A DNA stretch of 50,644 bases from a virus. The first letter of the stretch is position 1, and each line of letters starts with the position of its first letter. The notes under the pieces were generated by a model, which was not told the origin of the DNA, made no database searches, and worked only from the letters and a program-made list of their open reading frames with translations. Positions 44,209 through 50,644 of this stretch are shown piece by piece. The stretch lies in the IMG/VR virus record IMGVR_UViG_3300027868_000001, positions 1-50,644 of that record, one strand, 5' to 3'. Made by a program: the position numbers and the translations under genes.

Positions 44209-44224
44209 AACCTAATACCTGTTT

Positions 44225-44416
44225 CTATCCTTTTCCTCTAAGGATGATTAAATTTCCACTAAATCCACTCGTTTTAGGCGAAAAAGCCGCAATAGGATAA
44301 GTGTTCGCAATACTCGCTCTTTGTGCCGCATCCAAACTGTTAGAATCTGCGTTTCTATACCAAGGCCGTGCCACACCAATAACAGCCGCACGTTTTTGTC
44401 GGCTATCTAAGCTCAT
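44225..44416 (-). CDS. hypothetical protein
   Basis: 63-aa ORF; start/stop coupling. Confidence 0.5.
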   Translation of the reverse strand: MSLDSRQKRAAVIGVARPWYRNADSNSLDAAQRASIANTYPIAAFSPKTSGFSGNLIILRGKG

Positions 44417-44955
44417 TAAGTCATCTCAGCCTCTGAGTAATCCGAGCCATCATCAGTGATAAGCTTGCTCGTAATCTGTGTGCCTGCATCATTGTAAATC
44501 TTTAACGCATCCGTACCTGTGGTATCCACGTCCACACGGTTCCTTAAAGCCATATACAACAACATTAATCCCGTTCTTACCGAAGGGGTAGATGTTGGAG
44601 CCGCAACACCCAGTTCTGCAATAACGGAGTCCAAATTAGGGATTCTGGAAATCTGCCAATCAAAAGTAACAGGAGTTCCCTCAGTCTGCTCTGTTGAGAA
44701 CACTAATTCTTCATCATTGTTATACCGGGATGTGCCGACCGTCACCGCCGAACCGCCCGTAAAAGTATAAGTATTTAATGCCTGAGTGGCACCACCAACA
44801 TCGACCCGCGCCTTTACTCGAACAAGTAAAACCACATCCAAAGCGGTACCGTTAACAAAATCAACGCGCAGCTCAAAATCTCCATCATCCGTAATCGTGG
44901 ATAAAGTCTGCTCAGAACTGTTAGCCGTTGTTGTGCCTGTCGCGAAAGAAGTCAT
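44416..44955 (-). CDS. beta-rich virion-like protein
   Basis: 179-aa ORF. Confidence 0.6.
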   Translation of the reverse strand: MTSFATGTTTANSSEQTLSTITDDGDFELRVDFVNGTALDVVLLVRVKARVDVGGATQALNTYTFTGGSAVTVGTSRYNNDEELVFSTEQTEGTPVTFDWQISRIPNLDSVIAELGVAAPTSTPSVRTGLMLLYMALRNRVDVDTTGTDALKIYNDAGTQITSKLITDDGSDYSEAEMT

Positions 44956-45785
44956 TACGCTACCCCATAACCAATAACATCAATAATGCGTGTTAATGCA
45001 GCAGTAGAGGACGATCTGGCACGGGCTGCAATCCGCGTGCCGGAAGGAATACTCACATCTATAATAGGGCTGATAACCGGCAAAATAACCCCAATGCCTT
45101 CACTCGTCGATACTGGCCAGTCTGGGACTATAACATGCTCGCTGCCCGCTGCACCTATGCCGATATCAATCTGCCAGTTAGTAACCTCGGCAGCTCTGTC
45201 TTGAAGCCTTGGCCCTACGCCTATCGATAATTGCCTGACCCCAGCAGGGCCTGATGTGCCTAATTCTGCCCAAGCGCCTTTGGTATTTGCTACTGCTCCA
45301 GGATCTACGTCTGTCCCACCGCTAAAGGGTGTAGAAGCCCCGTAGGTCGTTGTAACATCCATTGATCCCTGAGAGGCTGAAGAGTTTAAAAACCCCTGTA
45401 CAATCATTTGAGAGCTGCCAGGGTTCGCTTGACATCGTGCTGAAATACGCGTGCCTTGAGGAATGGGATGCACTATCGTAATGACAGAAGCGGGAGACCC
45501 ATTGCTCGTATGTGAACTGGCAATTAAATTCTCCCCAATTACCACCTCGCTACCACCAGCCCCCACAGCTATATCCATTAAAAAGGCTGTCGTTGATGCT
45601 GGCGTGTGGACGCCACGGAAATTCAAGATGATCGCATTAGCTTGATAGGGAGTGGAGGCTAATAATTCTGTATAAGACCCTTTTGTGTTTAGGGTGGCGT
45701 TCGCTGTGATGGTAACACCCGAAGACGCACCATCAAGGTCTGTGCCTCTAACAATTCCACCAGAAATGGCCCTTAATTGTTGCAT
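44955..45785 (-). CDS. protein made of two tandem homologous beta-rich domains
   Basis: NTKGSYTELL..FLMDIAVGAGGSEVVI..IPQGTRISARC aligns with NTKGAWAELG..WQIDIGIGAAGSEHVI..IPSGTRIAARA. Confidence 0.65.
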   Translation of the reverse strand: MQQLRAISGGIVRGTDLDGASSGVTITANATLNTKGSYTELLASTPYQANAIILNFRGVHTPASTTAFLMDIAVGAGGSEVVIGENLIASSHTSNGSPASVITIVHPIPQGTRISARCQANPGSSQMIVQGFLNSSASQGSMDVTTTYGASTPFSGGTDVDPGAVANTKGAWAELGTSGPAGVRQLSIGVGPRLQDRAAEVTNWQIDIGIGAAGSEHVIVPDWPVSTSEGIGVILPVISPIIDVSIPSGTRIAARARSSSTAALTRIIDVIGYGVA

Positions 45786-45794
45786 TATGTAATC

Positions 45795-46019
45795 TTATTT
45801 CGATTTGCGTGACAGAAGTTTTTTAATGTCGTCACGAATTGTTTTTAGATCGCCGTTCAATATCTCTTTATGCTCTTCACAGTTCTTCTCGTGTGAGCCT
45901 TGGCGAGTATCGAGCCGGGCAATGTTAACCATTATTTTAACGTAAATGGCTGTTAGTGCAGCAACTAGGACAATCATCAAGCTGAGAATTTTTAACACTA
46001 ACTCCGGGCTAACTTCCAT
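45795..46019 (-). CDS. single-pass membrane protein (holin/spanin-like candidate)
   Basis: 74 aa; TM LKILSLMIVLVAALTAIYVKIMV followed by a charged helix. Confidence 0.5.
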   Translation of the reverse strand: MEVSPELVLKILSLMIVLVAALTAIYVKIMVNIARLDTRQGSHEKNCEEHKEILNGDLKTIRDDIKKLLSRKSK

Positions 46020-46099
46020 TAAGCCACCACGAGTATACTACCCGGCCTCCAATGAGAAATATCAGCACCGCAAGAGTGATTAACCATCGTTCCGCACGC

Positions 46100-46657
46100 C
46101 TAAGCCGCCCTGTCCATGTGTTGCACAAGGGGGGTATGTTGTTTAGGTGGACTACATTGTTCTCTTTCTTGGGTTTCATGCTTCCCTACCAGTGGAGGAA
46201 CAAACATCAAGGCCCACAATACAGCCCACACAATAAGCAAAGGGGCAGAGGTTAGACGCTCACCGAAGACCATTGACACGACTACCCCAAATATAGCCAT
46301 GAAAGCCGCTATTGTAGCCATTTTGTATTGATCAAGAAAGACGCAAAAACACGCCAGTAGTGCATAGGTAAACCAAGCTATCTCAATGTTGTAGCCTGCA
46401 TAATTCCCATCAGCATCGAATTGGAACCAATAACCAGCATAAGTACATCCAGCACAACCAATGACCGCCACTAGGGTTTTCATCTGTAATCGGCACAAAG
46501 GGACAAGCAGCGCGGGAATGAGCAGCGATAAATACCCGAGGGATTCTGGCCAGTTGATAGGGTCTGTGGGAAGGTTAGTGAGTCGGAGGCCTTGGATTAC
46601 GGCTGTTATCCATAATCCCATGAAAAATATTGCTTTTAAATAGCGTTTTATTTCCAT
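46100..46657 (-). CDS. polytopic membrane protein
   Basis: 185 aa with about 5-6 hydrophobic segments. Confidence 0.6.
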   Translation of the reverse strand: MEIKRYLKAIFFMGLWITAVIQGLRLTNLPTDPINWPESLGYLSLLIPALLVPLCRLQMKTLVAVIGCAGCTYAGYWFQFDADGNYAGYNIEIAWFTYALLACFCVFLDQYKMATIAAFMAIFGVVVSMVFGERLTSAPLLIVWAVLWALMFVPPLVGKHETQEREQCSPPKQHTPLVQHMDRAA

Positions 46658-47130
46658 TCGCCGTCATGTTTTTTGATGGGAGCGTTTAGCCGTTTGTCAC
46701 GCACGGCCTGGATGATAGCTACTGGGGGAATAGGGTAGTTAGGGTATTGCGCTCGAATCGTGTCCGCGAGGTCGTGCAGAGCGCTGTTGAGCGTGTCAAC
46801 CATGACTTGCTGTTCGCTCTTGTCGATTCCGATCCAATTGAATTTGTCGCCGAGATAACAAATTAAATCTAAGTATCGGGTTACGCTGTCGTATTGCAAG
46901 TATTTGATATACAGCAAGGCGTTATCAAGCTCAACGCCACAGGCCGTCTCAAGCAATATGATCTGCTCAATTATTGCAGATTCAGAACGTCGATATTGCA
47001 AGATCAGATAATCAGTCTCAGTATCCGCAATATTATGTTTCCCAAATACCTGACGGCATGACTGAATCCAGGCATTAAAATGATCCGTTGCGATTGACTG
47101 CTTTTCAAGAATTACCGCCGACAATGGCAT
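46648..47130 (-). CDS. hypothetical protein (first gene of the long leftward operon)
   Basis: 160-aa ORF next to the divergent promoter region. Confidence 0.65.
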   Translation of the reverse strand: MPLSAVILEKQSIATDHFNAWIQSCRQVFGKHNIADTETDYLILQYRRSESAIIEQIILLETACGVELDNALLYIKYLQYDSVTRYLDLICYLGDKFNWIGIDKSEQQVMVDTLNSALHDLADTIRAQYPNYPIPPVAIIQAVRDKRLNAPIKKHDGEWK

Positions 47131-47214
47131 TGTGTTTCCTTATGTGGGGTTTTGTCCATTATACACGATGTTTCCCGTGAAACGAGTCTTTACATTTTAT
47201 AACACTATTACCTC

Positions 47215-47243
47215 TTGCATGGTGACTGTCACCTCTGTATACT
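47215..47243 (+). promoter_or_regulatory. sigma70-type promoter with palindromic operator in the spacer
   Basis: TTGCAT (47215-20), 17-nt spacer, TATACT (47238-43). The spacer starts with the perfect palindrome GGTGACTGTCACC (47221-33). GGAG RBS lies 9 nt before the ATG at 47277. Confidence 0.55.
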
Positions 47244-47276
47244 GTATCCATCAACTAGAGAAACGGAGCAAAAAAC

Positions 47277-47480
47277 ATGAAACTAGAATATAGAATTCTA
47301 TTTGACTCTGATGAATTAAATACACTAGGAAGCTTTTATTTAAAAGAGTGCGGAACTAAATGGATGACCCTTGAGCAATGTTTATCAAGTAAGTTTTTAA
47401 ACGAGAAAAACGCCAGAATAGTAAAAAGAGAATATAACTATGACAGAATACAAAGCCCGCAAAGCACAAAACAAGCGTGA
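47277..47480 (+). CDS. hypothetical protein
   Basis: 67-aa ORF. Confidence 0.6.
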   Translation: MKLEYRILFDSDELNTLGSFYLKECGTKWMTLEQCLSSKFLNEKNARIVKREYNYDRIQSPQSTKQA

Positions 47481-47622
47481 TGAGAGGGCCAGAAAGTCCC
47501 ATGGCGGCCTATTTACAGCTCGCCAGTATTTTACCCATGATGATGATGAGCCAATCTTGAGAGCGCTTGAATTAGAGCTAAGAGAGAAGCGCATAAATAG
47601 GAGCAAACAAAATGATACCTAG
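47440..47622 (+). CDS. small basic protein
   Basis: 60-aa ORF; Arg/Lys-rich N-terminus. Confidence 0.5.
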   Translation: MTEYKARKAQNKRDERARKSHGGLFTARQYFTHDDDEPILRALELELREKRINRSKQNDT

Positions 47623-47842
47623 ACCTAGCAAAACGTCCAAAAAAGATTGGGTAGCAGCATACCAGTCTCCCCCTCAAGATAGTGCAAACTGGCACATGAG
47701 AAAACTAGGCTTTACACGCAAGAGTTTTGAAGAATCAAGCGGGAGCCAGCAAATCCATGTTTTTCATCGTGGGTCAGAGGTCGCGAAAATGGGTAACATT
47801 GATATGGCATGGGAATTCATTGAAGCGCAAACCCTGCCTTAG
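47612..47842 (+). CDS. hypothetical protein
   Basis: 76-aa ORF. Confidence 0.55.
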   Translation: MIPRPSKTSKKDWVAAYQSPPQDSANWHMRKLGFTRKSFEESSGSQQIHVFHRGSEVAKMGNIDMAWEFIEAQTLP

Positions 47843-47869
47843 TCTCCCAGCTGTACACAGTTATATAAC

Positions 47870-47908
47870 AAAAAACCCGCATAGGTGAATATACGGGTCT
47901 TTGCTTGT
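47870..47908. terminator. bidirectional intrinsic terminator between convergent genes
   Basis: AAAAAA-CCCGCATA-GGTGAA-TATACGGG-TCTTTGCTT has an A tract, a stem with one mismatch, and a T-rich tail. Confidence 0.55.
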
Positions 47909-47956
47909 CGGGTAAGGAGGCGGAGACAGTAATATAACTTTTGAGGATCAATTATA

Positions 47957-48295
47957 TCAGTCTTGATTCGTGCCTTCCACTGCTCTTGTCATACGGTCTC
48001 GCGTTCTGGCTTCTTGCCAGTGCAAAGCTTCCTCTAAGTGAGTGATGGTTAGTGAGTTTTCGCGGCATCCGTGAGCGTTGTTAAATGATCGATATAACCC
48101 GATAGCGTAGCGGATAATATCCGTAGCATCACAGCCGTTTCTGCCAGCCTCAGCTACAGGGCCAGACTGAACGGTAAAAGCCACTAAACCGGGGAAATGG
48201 CCTTCTATTTTGTCGCTACCGATAATTACATAAGCGTCATCTTGGACGTTTTTTACTGCATTGTAGAGGTGTTGATTGTAGTCTGTATTAGACAT
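47957..48295 (-). CDS. conserved-looking phage protein of unknown function
   Basis: 112 aa; C-terminal CRENSLTITHLEEALHWQEARTRDRMTRAVEGT motif. Confidence 0.65.
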   Translation of the reverse strand: MSNTDYNQHLYNAVKNVQDDAYVIIGSDKIEGHFPGLVAFTVQSGPVAEAGRNGCDATDIIRYAIGLYRSFNNAHGCRENSLTITHLEEALHWQEARTRDRMTRAVEGTNQD

Positions 48296-48349
48296 AATTT
48301 TTCTCCTGAATTAAGCCGTATTGGCAGTCTGTATTATCTCATACTTCAC

Positions 48350-48577
48350 TTATCCGACACAATCATCAGGCTCAAAACCTTCAGGGAGTGGCTCTCCATT
48401 CAAAACCTCAAGATACATACATCGGGTACATCTCCCGTGCCAGCTATCTCCTGACCTTGTATAAAATCCGTTGACAATATTGTCATCTCTACAAGATGTT
48501 CTACAGTGCTCTGGCCGTATTAAGTTAATAAACTCTAAAGCGTCCATAATCACCTCATTGTAAAAAATCCAGCCCAT
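48350..48577 (-). CDS. Cys-rich hypothetical protein
   Basis: 75-aa ORF. Confidence 0.55.
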   Translation of the reverse strand: MGWIFYNEVIMDALEFINLIRPEHCRTSCRDDNIVNGFYTRSGDSWHGRCTRCMYLEVLNGEPLPEGFEPDDCVG

Positions 48578-48631
48578 AAACCGAAGGGGGGGGTGTTCGG
48601 TGCTATGGACTGGCGGGAAAAGGTGTGGTGG

Positions 48632-48952
48632 TTAATGCATCTTAAATGCTTCTGAAAATTCGGTATCGCCAGTCAGCAAGTCGAAACAAAACCACAAGCC
48701 AACATCACTAGCAAGATCCTTTTTGTTGTATTTCTTTCCCTTCTCCGCTTTTTTGCCTAATTTCTTGATAGATTTATTAATGCTTTTTAGTGAATAATTC
48801 GGGTCTTGTAGGGATTCAACAGCCTTTAGCCCGTTAATTAAATCGATTCTTAACACGTCAACAATATAGCCAAATGGATGCGCCACTCTAGCCATATCCA
48901 AATCTTGAGGGATCTGGTTAATAATCTCATTCGCTGAATACTTGAATTCCAT
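48632..48952 (-). CDS. hypothetical protein
   Basis: 106-aa ORF. Confidence 0.6.
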   Translation of the reverse strand: MEFKYSANEIINQIPQDLDMARVAHPFGYIVDVLRIDLINGLKAVESLQDPNYSLKSINKSIKKLGKKAEKGKKYNKKDLASDVGLWFCFDLLTGDTEFSEAFKMH

Positions 48953-49154
48953 TGGTTAAAGCCTCTTGCAGTCTTTGTCGCATTAAATCATTTTTTAGTT
49001 TAGCACCCATTACTCTTTTTATTTGTTTTTGCCTGTCAACAAACCTTGGGGTAATTAAATTATATTTCCAGTTGCCGCAATTATCGCAAAGATGAATAGG
49101 CAGTTCATCTCCCTGCACCTCTACGCTACATTTTGTACAGCGATAAATGCTCAT
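48927..49154 (-). CDS. zinc-ribbon protein
   Basis: CTKCS...CDNCG. Confidence 0.6.
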   Translation of the reverse strand: MSIYRCTKCSVEVQGDELPIHLCDNCGNWKYNLITPRFVDRQKQIKRVMGAKLKNDLMRQRLQEALTNGIQVFSE

Positions 49155-49244
49155 GTCTTTCCTTTTTGGAAACAGTTGGGCTTACCTCTACCGTAAAGTA
49201 AAATATAAATATTCTTAATGTACTTTTAAGGGGTTTCAGGGTAT

Positions 49245-49403
49245 CTACCGTTGATTATTAGCCGCTCTTTCGGCTATAAACTGTTCTAATTTTTCGTAGA
49301 ATTCGCCACTATTTAAGGCGTCAACGTAAATATTCCACACATCATTGACATCCATATCGTAATCTTTAGCCGCTTGAGTAACGCTGTTCGGGTATGTGGT
49401 CAT
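49245..49403 (-). CDS. micro-protein (52 aa)
   Basis: Hand-translated MTTYPNSVTQAAKDYDMDVNDVWNIYVDALNSGEFYEKLEQFIAERAANNQR. Confidence 0.45.
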   Translation of the reverse strand: MTTYPNSVTQAAKDYDMDVNDVWNIYVDALNSGEFYEKLEQFIAERAANNQR

Positions 49404-49426
49404 ATTCTCTACCGTTAATTAATTGA

Positions 49427-49501
49427 AGCCCCGGACAGGACTCGAACCTGCATCACATTGGATTTATCCGCAGTCGGCATACCAGTTAACCGCACCGGAG
49501 C
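49427..49501 (-). tRNA. tRNA-like module lacking a canonical anticodon arm
   Basis: Acceptor GCTCCGG/CCGGGGC (one U.G pair). D-arm CGGT-TAACTGGTAT-GCCG. T-arm GCAGG-TTCGAGT-CCTGT. The 23 nt in between (ACTGCGGATAAATCCAATGTGAT) form no 5-bp stem with a 7-nt loop. Confidence 0.4.
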
Positions 49502-50076
49502 ATTAAAACCCGCTACTACATACTTCAGCGGGGTGGTGCTGGAGACCGGACGCTAACCCGGCTATCCTCATAGGCCGACAAAGCCTTTATATTGCCTGGC
49601 GGGTCTTCGGGAAGTTCGAGACTACCACCTATTTTGACGCTTTCACGCCTCCCGATTGCGCGGCTTTTTTCAGGTGAGGCACACCAACCTTATAACCTCT
49701 GCGTGTCTGCTTTCCACGCCGCTCCAGCTTAAACCCTCATTGAGGGGTAAAAAGGTTGAAGGCCGGTTGCTGTAAATCGAATCCGGCATCGAAATATTAT
49801 CCCCAGGTTGCACCTGATTTATAATCCAGCCCAAAAGGTGTACACCTCCTACTTAATTTCGGTCAGCGCTCCCGGACTTTAATCTACTGCGACATAGCTT
49901 TACAGGATTATTCGAGCTTCTAAGGCTTTCGCCTCCACTTGCGCATCAGCCTACGCATTCTCCAACCATAAACCCTCATACTGCGAGGGGTACTACATTT
50001 GGATCATGGCCGCCAATGTGCCTCAACACAAGACGGGCATACGCTCCAAATTCTTTCCGCTTCCGTGCGTTATTCG
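49502..50076 (-). ncRNA. candidate large structured ncRNA (~575 nt) immediately 5' of the tRNA-like module
   Basis: No ORF >=60 aa in six frames; all three stop codons are frequent; G+C-richer than neighbours; many perfect hairpins; a duplicated ~30-nt motif at 49722-50 and 49960-93. Confidence 0.45.
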
Positions 50077-50415
50077 TTAAACCTTTAATTTGTTGTACTC
50101 TAATTTGCCTTTTTCCGGATCAGCATAAGTGCCTATTACCTCTCCGCGTAAATAAAGCTTGTAGGTCGGGACATCGTTAATCATTTCTGGCCGTAAATCT
50201 TTGAGTACAATACCGTCCTTAGTCGCAGAGCAAATGCTGCCGGGGTTAATCGGTATCTCTTCGTTATCCTTAATCGAGTTCAGCGCCTTGCGTACATGGC
50301 CAGCCTTGACGGCTTTTTGATCCGCTTGATCAGGTCGGCCATTCCCTCGGTCGTCGCGTTCTTCCTCCTCAATTCCGGCTAAAGCAGTTTCTAGTATTTC
50401 TATTGCTGGGTTCAT
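50077..50415 (-). CDS. hypothetical early protein
   Basis: Start moved to the internal ATG (MNPAIEIL...), just downstream of the upstream gene stop (50423-50425); the track ORF extends to 50466. Confidence 0.6.
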   Translation of the reverse strand: MNPAIEILETALAGIEEEERDDRGNGRPDQADQKAVKAGHVRKALNSIKDNEEIPINPGSICSATKDGIVLKDLRPEMINDVPTYKLYLRGEVIGTYADPEKGKLEYNKLKV

Positions 50416-50422
50416 GGTGTAC

Positions 50423-50593
50423 CTATTTGCTGTCAGTAATTTCTTTTGTGGCGTCCTTAACTTCATCTGTCACAGCCTCAGCAGCATCCGCTAAGGGTTT
50501 TGTAACACATCGAGTAAGATCAACCGCCACCTCTACCGGGGCTGTAACCACCGTTGCTACATCTTCAACTAAACCGAATATACTTTTAAACAT
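50423..50593 (-). CDS. micro-protein (56 aa) spanning the circular junction
   Basis: Hand-translated MFKSIFGLVEDVATVVTAPVEVAVDLTRCVTKPLADAAEAVTDEVKDATKEITDSK; its 5' part is duplicated at nt 1-76. Confidence 0.5.
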   Translation of the reverse strand: MFKSIFGLVEDVATVVTAPVEVAVDLTRCVTKPLADAAEAVTDEVKDATKEITDSK

Positions 50594-50644
50594 GATGTTC
50601 TTCCTATTTGCTGTGGTTAATGGGCTTCATTTTATGAACAATTC
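50518..50644. repeat. Terminal direct repeat copy 2
   Basis: Identical to nt 1-127. Confidence 0.95.

Noticed and set aside
18098-46643. Numerous plus-strand ORFs of 60-140 aa inside the long minus-strand virion genes, for example 21430-21735, 22068-22433, 26229-26549, 38791-39177 and 43147-43554
   Set aside because: They are antisense shadows of long, well-supported genes. None has an SD or a recognisable domain.
49502-50076. Possible RNase P RNA: the minus strand contains AAAGTCCGGG (around 49872-49881), which matches the conserved P4 5' strand GGAAAGUCCGGGC
   Set aside because: The match is only 10 nt. I found no complementary CCGGACUU-type P4 partner and none of the other conserved RNase P regions, and the block is also shorter on either side than expected.
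8614-50076. Stop-codon reassignment (suppressor-tRNA phage) as an explanation for the ORF-free blocks
   Set aside because: In the 49502-50076 block, hand translation of a minus-strand frame met TGA, TAG and TAA within short distances, so recoding one stop does not open an ORF there; the other two blocks were not checked stop-type by stop-type. All large structural genes are intact in the standard code. The tRNA-like elements have no usable anticodon loop.

Overview
The window is a complete, circularly assembled phage genome. The first 127 nt are identical to the last 127 nt, so the unique length is about 50,517 bp. About 85% of the coding is on the minus strand.

**Late/virion module (47130 down to 18085, minus strand).** Its core is T7-like and podovirus-type. 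In order it encodes:
- a sigma-70-family factor
- TerS, and a TerL interrupted by an intein
- a gp8-like portal, a scaffold and the capsid protein
- gp11/gp12-like tail tubular proteins
- three internal-virion proteins, one of them a 2402-aa polyvalent giant
- a tail fibre

**Early region (12377 down to 87, continuing across the junction to 47957).** It carries many small genes, several of them zinc-ribbon or membrane micro-proteins. It also has lambdoid-type functions: NinG, a possible NinB-like protein, a lambda-P-like loader, a PAPS-reductase-like enzyme and a free-standing HNH endonuclease.

**Plus-strand islands.** There are two, at 12471-18088 (RecT, a bL12-CTD-like protein, tandem micro-genes) and at 47277-47842.

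**Not recognised.** I found no DNA or RNA polymerase, integrase, endolysin, rRNA or CRISPR array.

**Most unusual signal.** A set of ORF-free, G+C-richer, hairpin-dense blocks sits in the early region at 49404-50076, 8614-9078 and 10132-10483. Non-canonical tRNA-like modules lie at 49427-49501 and 1058-1128. The largest block, about 575 nt and directly abutting a tRNA-like module, is a candidate large structured phage RNA.

Hand-derived coordinates (small ORFs, hairpins, motifs) may be off by 1-2 nt.
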